From: Callorhinchus milii
Taxonomy: Eukaryota
Length of the DNA stretch: 64,000 nt
Direction: 5' to 3'
Assembly (NCBI RefSeq): GCF_018977255.1
Contig: NW_024704743.1
Span: 59,832,001-59,896,000 of the forward strand
Both the position numbers and the translations under genes were made by a program. Of the stretch, positions 34,031 to 46,890 are shown piece after piece. The notes under the pieces were generated by a model. It was not told the origin of the DNA, did not search any database, and saw nothing but the letters and a program-made list of their open reading frames with translations. The stretch's first letter is position 1; every line of letters starts with the position of its first letter.

Positions 34031-37000
34031 GTCACCACAAGAATTAGCGTCAGTAATGACCCATACAGTATTGTTATGCATATCATTCAAAAGCCAACAA
34101 TACCAACTGAACTTTCATTTACTAAGTCATTTACTAATTTATTTATTAGTTGCTATATAATAATTTGCCATGGGCCACTTTAAAAATGAGATAAGTACAT
34201 CAATGGTTTTCCTCATTTGGAAATTATTTGTAGATTAATGGTGATGGAAGTTAGATGTTCCTAAACCTTAAATAATTTGCATGATTCATAGCTGCCCAAT
34301 ATCCCTACAAGTTAACTTTCATTAAACTGCGATTCCAAACATATTTTATCGAATTTGTACTGGTACACATTTTGTGTTTTTTTTTAATGGAGCAGATAAC
34401 TGTACATTTAATTCACTTTAATTTGGTGGTGATTATATGGTGCATTTGCTTGTGGCAGATCAGCATTCCCAACATGATCAAAGGCACATGAGCCTTCAAC
34501 GTCGACTTTTCCTGGTGGGATTGATGCTAAGGCTGACAGACATTTAATAAACATGTCGCTGTTACATCTGCAGCACATGCAAACACTTTGCTACACTGCA
34601 GATACTCTGTGATCATTCCTGCATCTGTGTTTTTGCAGTAATGGAGGGCCTGCTCCTGATAATGGACTTCAGGGTGACTCACAACAGGGCCATGTCAACA
34701 CTTTGGTGCACCATGAAGCTGCATCAATCTTCCAGTGAGGGCGATGTGCATAAGTGTGTGCACTTGGCCTGCTGAGACTCATTGACTGCATTTACATGAA
34801 GTCTTCATTTAGTGACAAGTGCTGCTGTTGATACAGTTTATTGATTTATCTTCTTGGTGAAATAACTGAACTGTATAGTATTTTCTTTGTGATGGCATTT
34901 TATGTGAATGACCGAATATTGCATTTCATTACAATTTAAATCAACCACAACAACTTACATTTGTGGAGTGTTCCTCATGCAAGGCAGCATCTCGGAGCAC
35001 TTGACAGTAGTAGAGCCTAATGGAACAGAACATAAAACAAAATCGCTAAATACATTTTTTGAAAACTCTGCCGTTTTAAATAATTGGTATTTTTGAAAAC
35101 TTTTGAATTACAACATGTGGCATTTGTTCCTGAGACAGGCAGATCAGGTAATTTTTTGTGGGAAAAAAATGTTACCAAATTTTGAAGGCTAGTTATTAAA
35201 CGTTTGACAAAGAAACTCTGCTTGGATTTTCATCATTTTGACCCAAACTTGAAGATGCCCGTTCATCAAATTATTTTTACAATAATTATCTTTACAAACG
35301 AGTCTGGTTTTTCAGGATTCAGGTATCCAAAAAGTGTAAGTCAGGAAATAGAGCCAGTTCGTTTTGCCAGATTTGACGACAGGTCCCTTTACAGCTCAAA
35401 ACCATGTGAGAAGAGATATGGCCACAGCAGGGAAATGGGACTAAAAATATAAAGAGCTGCCATGATCTAATAAAATAACAGTGCAGGTTTGACAGGCCAG
35501 ATGACCTACTCTTGTTCCTTTGCTCAGATGTTCTTAAAACGTAGATAAATGGGATATTGATATTTATTATCTGACTGTTTAAGTATAATTGTACGCCACA
35601 GTTTTACACCAATAAGTGGAGTCTTAGAAACAGCAAGACTGAGGGGCTGCGGTTATTGTGATTAATGCACTATTCTTGAGTGGGGAAAAAAGCAGAGCTC
35701 TGTGAGCATGAATGCAAACATGTGCCCTAAGCTCTGCTCACTGGCCTCCCACTGCCAGTCACATTTCTAACGATAGTAGAGTTAGAAACAGACACACAAA
35801 TGTTCAGCACACAAGGATTGTTGACTCCATTCATTCATTAGAAATTAGTTCTTAAACACTGACTGCACACTAACTGTAGTTATACTGTAGTCAATGCCAA
35901 GCACCACCAGTGCATGGTCACCTTCTTCACAGTTTACTCTAACACTCTTACTGTTCTCTAGACTGGGGCTTTGCAAAGACTGCATCAACATCAAACATGC
36001 AGCGTAAGTGAGATGTACGGGGTAACAGAACCATCAATGAGGTGGAGCAAGTGATGATTTCAAAGGGTTTATTATTCCTTAATCAGCGAGGATTACCATT
36101 TAGAACCATGGAACCATAGAACTTTAAGCATAAAATAAGGCCATTCGACCCATTGCGTCCATGCTGGTATCTGTAACTGGAAGCACTTCATGCTACCCTC
36201 TCTGAAAGTGTGTCACGTCTGAGTGCCTTTCTCTCGGATCGAAGTGATGTAACTCTGGTTTCTTTATCAAGAAATCCCTTTAGAAATTGCAACTATCATC
36301 TTCCTGTACGTAGCACAGAATGCAGAAAACTGAAAAATTACAGTGGAATGAATCGAATGGAAATTCCTAAGTGTTAGTTATTAATGCTATTAATTCCAAA
36401 GTCAATTGGACTCTGTTTGTATGTGTGTTGGAGGCTGTTGTAAAATGTTTAATGTGAACCTAATTTGGTATTTTTATTTTAATTTCTTAATACACAAAAT
36501 TGAGCTCCCACCTCAAGTTAGTCTAATTTTCTTTGCATGCGCTCTCTGATAGACACAGGGCTGTGAAATAATGTCATGCTTCACAAATGAGTAATGAGAT
36601 CTGATCTCGAACAGTGAAACAAACATGAGTAACATTGTGTTTGGTTTAGAGTCTTTGCCTTGACCTTCATCTTTAAACTCGTCTGCTTTATTAATCATGT
36701 GTTTCCTGAATCAAACGGGATATTTTGGAGGAAAGAAAATTGTTCTGGGACTGAAGGAGTGCTATGTGCAGAGCAGACATGCCCAGACGACAAATAACCT
36801 AGCATGACAGCCAAGGTTCATCCAGCTGGTCTCCACTACATTATGTGATTGATGGTGTTGATGTTCTAAATAGGCCTCAGATATGCTCAGCACAAGACTC
36901 ATAATGCAGTCCTTCAGCTTTAACTGTAGAAAGAAGCAGAGCGAGCATGTTCCCAGCATATGGTAGCACTGTGGATGGTGTCACCATCAAGGTTAACCTT

Positions 37001-39689
37001 ATTCTGGCCGTCTGGTTTACTTCTAAGTCACACAAAAGGTATTTGCTCAGTAACAATCAACAGAATCACATGGGGATGTCCGTTCATTCTGCAGGTTAAT
37101 AACCTTCCTGATTACCACTGTAATTCGCTACTTGGCCATACAGCAGCCATATGTTGTCTTCTTAATTCTAGAAATTCTGAAGTTAATTATTTATCAATTT
37201 TTGTAATACATCTATTTAATACATCTATTCCATATCATTGTCAAGTTATTCAGGTTCAAATTATATGTATATATAGTATTCAAGTGCTATGAGAGCTTCT
37301 AACCATGTTGTATCAGTTTATTTTCGTACATATCGGAACATTTAATTTCAGCTCAGTTTTTGTGCATGGAATACTTTAAATTACATGACCGAGGTTTGCC
37401 ATTGGCTATATTCATTTATGCATTACCAGCATTTTTATTAATGGTGTGGACTGGAAAGCTCCCAGAGTTTGACTTTATGAATTGAAGAATTGTACTACTG
37501 CAATAACATTAATAATGTTGGCATTCAGTATTGGGATGTAGCCTTCCTGTTGGGTGGTGAGGGGATGGAGGGAGGCCTGGTGGGACACTATTTGTTCCTT
37601 TCTTCTTTCTGTCTCCCTTCATGGCTCTGCAATAAGTAACACCCCATCTCTGCTATTCTGGTTTTCTCTTCTCTTTCTGTTTAGACACTTGTCTGTTGAC
37701 TCTCCTTTCCAATTGAGATTGTTCAGAAACTTATGCTTTTACGTGCAATGGCCCATGGGAGGCTGCAGTTGTTGTTCTCAGTTACATTTAAGTACATGTT
37801 TTTTAAAAAATATTCTCACTCCCTATTCGTCTTCCCTTGGAGGCCACACGCCACCACACTTCCGTTCTCTGGCTGGAATGATTGTGGGCTATGAGTTCTG
37901 ACCCGGACTCCTCCCTCCTCTTGATCTTTCAGGCTTTTGGAAAGGATGCAAGCTAATGATCTCTGCCGTGCCTTGTGCATTTATATCATGTCAACAGGAT
38001 TCAAGAGCTAGATAGACAGTTTGGTGAAATGAACGACATATTCATACGGTATGTATTAGACTTGTCATATTGTTATATATGATGGCAATGTGTCTGGTTG
38101 TTTAACTTTATACTCTTTGTATTGGATGTGTTTGTATGTCTAAACCAAAATCGTAATTAATAAAATTTTTCAACAACTTAAAAAAAACAGATTGGAGTGG
38201 GGTTATCTGGGCATCAAGTTCTCCATGAGAACTATCGGCACAGATCAATAATTATCTATTGGGTAAGTAGGTTTTCCTCTGATTTTCCCCTTTTCTGTCC
38301 TCCTCCCTTTCTCAACTCACTATACTATTACATAGATTTAAACAGATTGTGTGGGAACAGGCCATTCAACCCAACTAGTCCAAGCCGGTGTTTAGGCTCC
38401 ACTTGAGTCTAAATGATACTATGTATCTCCTGCTGGTCAAAAGGACACTGACCTGTTCCCAGATCTCCAATAATAAAAGTTTTGTCGGCCGCTTAGAGAT
38501 ACACGAGAGATACTTGTGACAACATTTACCCTGGTTTTCTCTGCCACCTGTTAGAAGATGCAAATGCCTCCTCACAGAGTCTCCACAGCAGTTGGAAAAT
38601 CAACGGGATGGAAGATTGTGTTTCATTACTCCTTCGCTCCAATGCCATAGTATTCCAATATGTTGCACCCTGCCAACATGACATATTTAAGGAAAATGGT
38701 TCCTCATATTCATATTTCCTCTCCCACCTCCCATGTGGAACACATTGTGTAAAGTACTATTAGTGAGAACTGATTAGACTCACCCAACTGAGGCAAACAA
38801 ACATGAGCATCAGACATCCTGTCGACTGAAATTCATGACCTTGTGATTCGGGAATAAGTGCTTCACTGACAGAGCTCCAAAGCTGCTCTGCTGTTACATT
38901 GCCCCGCTGCCTGCTGATTTAATTCATTGATTAATTTTTTTGTTTGAGTGTCTACTCTGAATTACAAGATGTGGCATTTGCTACTTATCCAGGAAAATGA
39001 GGGAACTTATTGACATTTATCGCCCAATTATTAAACCTTGATATTAAAAAAACGAGACTGCTTCAAATGAGCTGCTTCTCTAATATTTTTCAAGTTGACT
39101 GTTTTATTTTATTCTCGTTGAGTTCAAGTGAATCTACACTGATCCTGAATAAGGGGTTGTCTTCTTTAAGAACTCTCCACAGATTCCAATGTGAAATCCA
39201 TGTACTGATTCCAGTTTTAGCAAATTTAGTCTTACCTCCTGCACACATGAGGGGATCAGAAATTGTACAGTATTGTTTATACATTTGAAACAAAGAATCG
39301 CAAGTAAATCTATTTTTTGACTTTTACTGCCTTTATTTATTAATACTGTACAACTGGCATTTTTCATGACCTAATATCTTTGCTATATTCGTGGTCAGAA
39401 ATTCTTGCATGAAACTAAATGGACGGCAGAAACTAAATAAACTCCTACCTTCATTACAACTGATTATACAAATATAATGCTTAGCCGTTGCGTGAAAATA
39501 TAATGCCATGAAGCAAACTTCAGGCCCATTGCACAAAAAAGCAACCACCAAAAAAACTGTTCTACAGTAGTTAAAAATTGCTGAATGTTAAAACTAGTTT
39601 CATTTTATATTTTTTTCCAAAGCTATTGCAGTGACTTGCAGTCTTGTGGTGATCTTTAAAACAACTGGATGATCATTGGATAATATGAA

Positions 39690-39976
39690 CAATAACTAGA
39701 ATGAGTGACTAATTTTATGTGGGAAATTATTAGACCAGGAGAAACTCTGTTTTCTTTCTGAATTAGTGCCTTGGAATCTAAATAAACTCCTTACCTGAAT
39801 AAGCAGATTGGATCTTGGTTTAAAGTCTCATTCAAAGGATGGCATCTCCGACAATTCAGCACTCCCCCAGCAGTGCAATGGCAGCCCAGAATATGAACTC
39901 AAATTCCCAACATGGGCCTTGAACCCACAACTTGCTGCCTGAGAGGCGAGAGTTCCATCAACTGAGTCAGGCTAAC
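39690..39976 (-). mobile_element. Deu-type SINE 5' two-thirds
   Basis: 'ggtttaaagtctcattcaaaggatggcatctccgaca...gggccttgaacccacaac...gagaggcgagag'. Confidence 0.8.
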
Positions 39977-40097
39977 ATCTCTTCAAAAACGGGGTGATCC
40001 AGATCACTGTGTCTCAGGACTCTACCAATGTTCCTGTGAAAAATGTTACTTTCTTGTATTAATTTCCCATTGATTAACCATGCATCTAAACAATAAG

Positions 40098-40380
40098 CTG
40101 GTCTCCTTAGAGCTGAACTAGCTTTAAGGTGACTAACTTGATAACGGAATGTTGGAATCGAGTCAACTCTCTGTGGTGGTCTCAGTGGTCCGGTTCCTGA
40201 GCTAAGTAGGTCCGCAGTACTCCAGGGCATTGCTGCAGATAGACCAGTCAGCCTGCCTCATCAATAGATCTTGGAGGGGCAGGTTGGTCACTGGGGCCAG
40301 GGATTCTTCCAATTGAGCTCCTGTTAAACATGCAAGCCAAAGCCCTAACGGGTAGGGTGGTCCTAGCTGGACAACAATTG
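40098..40380 (+). mobile_element. Unclassified repeat, copy 5 (5' portion)
   Basis: 'ggaatgttggaatcgagtcaactctctgtggtggtctc...ccagggcattgctg...gagctcctgttaa...gcaagccaaagc', nearly collinear with 27020-27250. Confidence 0.78.
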
Positions 40381-40621
40381 GAGTGTATTCGAACAGGTTG
40401 GTAAGAGTAGGATGTATCCCTCCAGAATCTGTTCTCTGCTCAGTGTTTCCTGAGATAGGCTGATTGACAAAAATATTAAAGGGAGTAACTGCACAGATGT
40501 TGTCTAGACAGGACTGTTTTAAAACTTTATATAGTTGAGGACACAAATGCACCTTTGAGTCTGTCAGTGACAACTTTTCCTTTGGTTTCTACTTCTGCCT
40601 GTGGAGAGATACTGAGCCTCC

Positions 40622-40624
<3 letters not shown>

Positions 40625-40652
<28 letters not shown>

Positions 40653-40762
40653 CCTTGAATTTGATATAGTGCCTTATCACATCTTCAAAACTTCTCAAAG
40701 TGTTTCACGAAATATACCATAAAGTGAACTGACCGTATATTTTGTGGGCGAAATATACCAGC
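40625..40762 (-). mobile_element. SINE 3' tail with (TAA)n
   Basis: (TAA)n-tccttgaatttgatatagtgcc...tttgtgggcgaaa. Confidence 0.8.
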
Positions 40763-41896
40763 ATGACTGAGACTGGAAGCCTACCCTGTTTTTTGCAAGG
40801 CTTGTTTCTCAGAGTCTCAGAAACCTGATTCACCTCCCCCTGCCAGATGGCTATTTGTTTAGACCTGAAACTCATTTTATCAACCTCAAAACGGCATTTC
40901 AACCCTGAACCTTTCAATTTTAATTCCACCTCTCAACCAACTGAGTTACCCATAATGTGAATAAAACTAAAATAGCTGTTGCTTTAAGATGGTTTATTAA
41001 ATTAAAATACCTCTCATTTCCAATAAAACAAATAAGATTGCTGACTTACTAAGATGTATTAACCAGTCTTTGAGTGGGTATCCAAGTGGAATAAAACAGT
41101 GAACTTAAAGGTTTCCTTTTTCCATTGAAATTCTATTTTTACACCCCTTTCCCCAAAGACCTATTTGAAACACTTAATTCCCCAGTTCTCAGAGGCCTGA
41201 TGGCCAGACTTCAGACAAGTCATTACTTTTGTTTTTACTTGACATGTGTGCAATTTTCACTATTTTTGTCCAGAAGTGACCTTTGAAATTCCTCGATAAT
41301 TTTCCCCCTTTTCCTGGTGCCCTCACGTGACCTAGGAGCAAAACATCTGAGAGACCTCTGGGCATCTTCACATCTGCCAAGGCTGGAGCTGAGACCCATT
41401 GTCTGGTGTATTTTTAACAGCAGGTGGTGGGTGTGGGGAAGGGTGTATTCATATGAAGGGAACGACAGGAATATGTGCTTAACTCCTTGCTCTCAGGCAA
41501 CGTGGGAACCATTTGTAAAGCTTCACAAACCGAGATTAAACAAAGGGAAACATATGGAAAGGAAAGCTTCTCCCAAAGACAGAGTTTGCTTGTATTTATC
41601 TCCAGACACAAAAAATGTGTATTGAAATAATGCTTTAATAAGTTTGAAGTAGCATTGCAAATTAGCAGAGTTTGTATACATTATACAAATAAAAGAAGAC
41701 TTAAACACACAAGCTGTTAAATTTTTGGTACAGAACGACAACAAAATTAGTGTTTAATTACATGGTCATTGGAGAATTTTTCACTTCTTTCAATGACAAT
41801 AATTTTAAATCTACACCTGAACCTTTAATTACTGACTATCTTTGGTAATGTAATTTTTGTAAAAATATTTGGATTTTCTTGTTGTAAAGTTTTAAC

Positions 41897-42691
41897 GTTG
41901 GCAACATCTGCCTCCACGGCTGCACAATCAACCTCACTAAGCCAGTCAGGAACCTGGGTGTCTTGTTTGACCCTGAACTGTCCTTTCTCCCCCACATCTG
42001 CGCCATGACCGGCACTGCCTACCACCACCTTAGCAACATTGCCAGACTCCACCACTGCTTCACCCCTCAGGCTGCCGAAACCCTCACCCATGCATTCATC
42101 ACATCAAGGCTCGACTACGAAAACTCCCTCCTCATCGGCCTTCCCAACTTTTCCCTTCACAAGCTGCAGATCATCCAAAACTCTGCAGCTCGTGTACTCT
42201 CGCGCACCAGGCTCCGTGACCCCATCACTCCCACCCTTGCCTGACTCCACTGGCTCCCCATCCCCCAGAGGATCGAATTCAAGATCCTCATCCTCACTTT
42301 TAAGGCCATCCATGGCTTTGCCCCCTCCTACCTCTAACACCTGATGACTCCCTACCAACCTGCCCGCTCCCTCCATTCAACGGGCTCCAGCCTGCTCTAT
42401 GTCTCCTGCCCGATCCACCCTACCATTGGTGGCCGGGCTTTCAGCCTCTCTGCCCCCATACTCTGGAACTCCATCCCACGTTCCCTTCGCCTCGCTTCCT
42501 CCCTTGCCTCCTTCAAGGCCGGTCTCAAGACCCTTCTCTTCGACCGTGCCTTCGGTCTCCCTCCCACCTCTCTGCCTTCCCTCACCCCTACACCACCCCT
42601 CCCCCATGCTCGGGCCCCGACACCTGACTGTTCAGCATTTTGGGACGTCCTCCCGACGTGAAGGGTGCTCTATTTTATTGTTGTTGTTGTT
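41897..42691 (+). mobile_element. L2 LINE 3' ~800 bp, relatively well preserved
   Basis: RNLGVLFDPELSFLPHI...AAETLTHAFITSRLDYENSLLIGLP..LHKLQIIQNSAARVL...HWLPIPQRIEFKIL...GGRAFS..AP.LWNSIP; tail gggacgtcctcccgacgtgaaggg(ttg)n. Confidence 0.95.
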
Positions 42692-43562
42692 AACATACAG
42701 TTACTCCATTTCAGAGTGAATCCTGTGAAGCGCTTTGAGACATTGTTCTGATGTGATAAGGTGCTATACCAAATGCAAGGATTATATTTACAGAAAGCAT
42801 TTCTCTTGGCCCCATCTGCACTAAAATCACTGTGTCTGTGAAGTAATTGATCATCTCATTCTTCATCTGTCCCTATGCTTTTCAATGCTCTCTCAAGATA
42901 ACTTAATAACTTAAGAATGGAGTGAATACAGTTCATTCACCTTAGAATCCATTCCTTTAACAGAACTCTCTCAACATGGAGCAAGAAACCTTTGTAACAT
43001 AGATGTGTACCATCACTGACACAAAGTTCATGTGGTCCTCTCTTTGCATCACTCACTACCTACGATGAGTGTATAATGTTTGAAGTACTTGAACTGCATT
43101 ATCACTAAATCCTTATTGTATTTGAGGTGGGGTACAGTCAAATTAACATAATAGCCTACAATTTGCTAGCAATAGTGAGTAATGTGTGGCCACTGGTGAT
43201 ATCTCTCTCTGGTTGATTAGAACAGGTAAATGAATGACTGCTGAGCTGCCTGGAGATTTGGGACTAGCTAAACAGAGAGTCTGCTTGAGCGATGTGGAAG
43301 TGTTATGTTAAAAAGAGGCAAATATATTTGTTGCATCCTGCTCTTCCCTCTCCGTCCATGAGCATGTGTCAAGATGAATGTGTGTCTGGAATCCTACCTC
43401 ACTTCAATATCTTAACCACACGTTCACAACAGATGTATGGATGATGGTTTCTTTAGCTGTTTAATCTCATCCTTCAGAGAATACTACCCCTACCTTCTTC
43501 CCATGTTTCAAATAAGTCTGGTCGCAAGTTCAGTTCCTGGTAACTCGTTCCAAATACTGATA

Positions 43563-43882
43563 TATAATAATAATAATAATCCTTGCATTTGATATAGCGC
43601 TTTTCACGTCGGGAGGACTTCCCAAAGCGCTTCACAGAACACACTGTAAAGTGAACTGACTGTATATTTATGGGCGAACGCGGCAGCCAATTGCGCACAG
43701 CAATGTCCCACAAACAGTTGTAGATTGAAAATGACCAATTTATTATTGTTTTGTTTTGGAGGGATTATTATTAGGCTCTGTGTGGAGTAAGGAAACTTGC
43801 CCAAGGTTTCGCCCTCTGCCTGGAATTGAACTCAGGTCTCTCGCTTGCAAAGCGAGTGCTCTAACCACTGAGCTACAGGACG
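43563..43882 (-). mobile_element. Full-length young tRNA-Ala-derived SINE
   Basis: Minus: gtcctgtagctcagtggttagagcactcgctttgcaagcgagagacctgagttcaattcc...; tail gggaagtcctcccgacgtgaaaagcgctatatcaaatgcaagg(att)n. Confidence 0.95.
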
Positions 43883-43887
43883 CTACA

Positions 43888-44130
43888 TAATTCCCCTCTG
43901 TGTAAAGATGTACTTCCTGGTGTCAGTCTAAAATTGTCCATCACAAACCTAAACTTGTGCCCACTTGTCCAGCTGCTTTGATATATCTGAACCTATTTTC
44001 TGGATTTACTTTGTCGACCCCATCTAGAATATTTATGGACCTCAATAAAGTCTCCTCTGATACATGCTTTTTTCAAGATTGAAGAGCCATTGTTTTATTG
44101 TTCCTTATAGCTCATTCCTATGGGATCAGT
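43888..44130 (-). mobile_element. CR1 3' fragment
   Basis: Minus: LFNLEK...RGDFIEVHK...TSGHKFR...RKYIFTQR. Confidence 0.75.
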
Positions 44131-44336
44131 CTCACATAAATAGTTATTATGCACAAGATGAAACATGCTTAAATCCAATCCTATCATTGCCTGACATATA
44201 TATTTAATTTCTTCTTCTAATTTGAATAGCAATCAGTAGCAGAAAGATTGCCTGAATACTTTCCAAGCTCAGGCGTAGCTGTAATGCTTCCAGTGCTCAG
44301 TCACTAACTCAACACAGACGATCAACACCATCAAAA

Positions 44337-44670
44337 AACAACAAATTGCAATCATATAGCTCCTTTCACATTGAGAAAACGTCCCAAAGAGCTAGACAGT
44401 CAAGGGTTTGCATCCGACCTGGGGTTTGGAGTTAAAAGGGTTGGAGGACAAAGGGGATGGAGGTGGGAGGATGACCGAAGGCATGGTTAAAGAGGAAAGT
44501 CTTCAGACGGGCCTTGAAGGAGGCAAGGGATTGGATGGGGAGGTGAAGGGACTCTGGGATGGAACTCTAGAGAGTGGGGATAGAAAGGATGAAGGCCTGA
44601 CTGCCAATGGTGTGTCAGGCAGGACAGGAGACAGTGCTTACAGAGTAGAGGTAGTGAGAGGGTTGGTATG
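44337..44670 (-). mobile_element. L2 3' end
   Basis: 'aacaacaaattgcaatcatatagctcctttcac...gaccgaaggcatggttaaagagg...gggatggaactctag'. Confidence 0.85.
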
Positions 44671-44912
44671 GTAAAGACCAGACTGAACATGAACCTCTCT
44701 GGACTGTATATGAGACAGCAATTAAACAACCTAAATGGAATGCTGGGCTATATTATCAAGTGAAGTGAGTTTAAATCTCCCAAACTTGTGCTGAATCTGT
44801 ATGGTGCTCTGTTTGCATTGAATTGTATTGTGTATAGACCCTTTGTATCATCATCATCATTGGTAAGCTTTCAGCTACTATATCTCACTAACCCTCCCTC
44901 CACCCTTTTGTC

Positions 44913-45570
44913 TACAACAACGCAATAACAACAACTTGCACTTATATAGTGCCCTCCACACCGAGCAGCACCTCAGAGCGCTTAACAATGATGGAGCCCG
45001 AAGCTGAGCCAGGGGGAAGGGGAAGGTGACTGCAGGCACGGTCGAAAAGGAAGGTCTTCAGGCGCGACCTGAAGATGGGGAAGGAGGGGGTGAGGTGAAG
45101 GTGTTGAGGGAAGGAGTTCCAAAGTTTTGGGGCATAATGGCTGAAGGCACGGTTGCTGATGGTGGAGTGGAAGATTCGGGGGACATGGAGGAAGCCGGAC
45201 CCAATAGAGCAGAGGCAGCAGGTACTACTGTGGGGAGAGAGGAGGTTAGAGAGATAGGGGGCTCCATGGAATGGAGGGATTTAAACACTAGAGTGAGGAT
45301 CTTGAAGTCGATCTGCTCTGTAACAGCGAGCCAGTGGAGTTTATCAAGGACTGGAGTAATCGGGGTATGAAGTTTGATGCGGGTGAGAATGTGGGCGGCG
45401 AAGTTTTGAATGAGTTAGATTTTGTGAATAGTGGAGGAAGGGTGACCGGCAAGAGGTGATAAAGGCATGGACAAGGGTTTCGGCAGCTTTTGGGGTGAGT
45501 TATTGTCGGAGTCGGGCAATGTGGCAGAGATGGAAGAAAGCGGTGCTGGGCAGGGACCGTATGTGGGGGA
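44913..45570 (-). mobile_element. L2 3' ~650 bp (second subfamily)
   Basis: Minus: IQNFAAHIL...TPVLDKLHWL...IDFKILTLVFKSLH; (CAA)n-cttgcacttatatagtgccctcc tail. Confidence 0.9.
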
Positions 45571-46424
45571 AGAAAATCTAACCACCTCTCTAGCTAACTT
45601 CCTGGTAAGCCAATCTCTATATAACGTAATAAGAGAACATAGACTTGGGTTCATAAAGGGAAAGTTTAAAATCTGTATGAATTTTTTTCCACCGAAAATA
45701 AACATGGTGAATAATTAAAAATAATAATAAACCTTACATTTAATATAGTGCCTTTCATGTCAGGAGGACTTCCCAAAGCGCTTCACAAGATATACTGTAA
45801 AATGGAGTGACTATTTTTGTTGTTGATTGTTCAGACCGGGTTACCAGGAAGAGTAGGTCAGGCCAGGGCACTGGACTTCAGAAACACATTGGTGCTATAA
45901 TGTGAATAAGGTAGGGTTGTCATTATGAAAAGAAAAGATCAAATAGGGCCAAAGACTTTCTTCATGTAAACACATCTGATATTGTAATCACCATATTGTG
46001 TAAGTGTAATTTAGTCACTGGGCCACTGAAGAATCCCTAAATGTTCAGTTTGTTTTAGTGTCTGTGAATAAGCATTTTGATACTGGTGACAGTCACAAAA
46101 CCTAACAACATTGGGGCCAGTGTTTATCTCCCCTTCCCCCAATCTCAGTAACTTTACTATGCATGTGCCCATCACTGCTACATGATTTCTTTATAGCACC
46201 CAAACAGAACACTATGGGAGTGGAGGAAGGGAAGAGGTGAGGGCTATCACTATGTTTCAAATGCTTTCTATTAATAATAATTGCTCTTTGCATCCAAAGA
46301 TGGCCATTCACACAATGTGAACACCTGGGAGCATGAATTTGTTTATATAGTAGAAGCTGCTCCCCGCACAGCAACCACACTCTTAAATCGCAAACAGTGT
46401 AACCTGGTGTCAGGGGATATGTAG

Positions 46425-46677
46425 CTCCCCTGTAGCTCAGTGGTTAGAGCACTCGCTTTGCAAGTGAGAGACCTGAGTTCAATTCCAGACAGGGCGAAAC
46501 CTTGGCCAGGTTTCCTTACTCCACACGCCTAATAATAATCCCTCCAAAACCCAAAACAATTGGCTGCCGCGTTCGCCCACAAATATACAGTCAGTTCACT
46601 TTACAGTGTGTTCTGTGAAGCGCTTTGGGACGTCCTCCCGACGTGAAAAGCGCTATATCAAATACAAGGATTATTAT
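46425..46677 (+). mobile_element. Young tRNA-Ala-derived SINE with ~55-bp internal deletion
   Basis: Intact head and tail; 'ccaaaacaat|tggctgccgc' junction lacks the segment present in 55908-56226. Confidence 0.92.
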
Positions 46678-46789
46678 ACAAGAAGACCAGACCACTTGCT
46701 ACCTGCACTGGAGAAACCATAACCCACAGAAAGAGATCTGCCAACCGGGTTCCTACTTACTGCTAGGTAATCAGTTACTGCTAGGTAAT

Positions 46790-46890
46790 TGGAGTAAGGA
46801 AACTTGCCTAAGGTTTCGCCCCGCCTGGGAATTGAACCCGGGCTGTCTCGTTTGCATGGCGAGTGCGCTAACCACTATGCTACAGGACTC
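46790..46890 (-). mobile_element. tRNA-Ala-derived SINE head only
   Basis: Minus: gagtcctgtagcatagtggttagcgcactcgccatgcaaacgag...gggttcaattccc...caagtttccttactcc. Confidence 0.85.

Noticed and set aside
43810..43882. tRNA-Ala(TGC) genes here and at 29602, 46425, 46820 and 56150
   Set aside because: The acceptor stem does not close and each runs into SINE body sequence; these are SINE heads.
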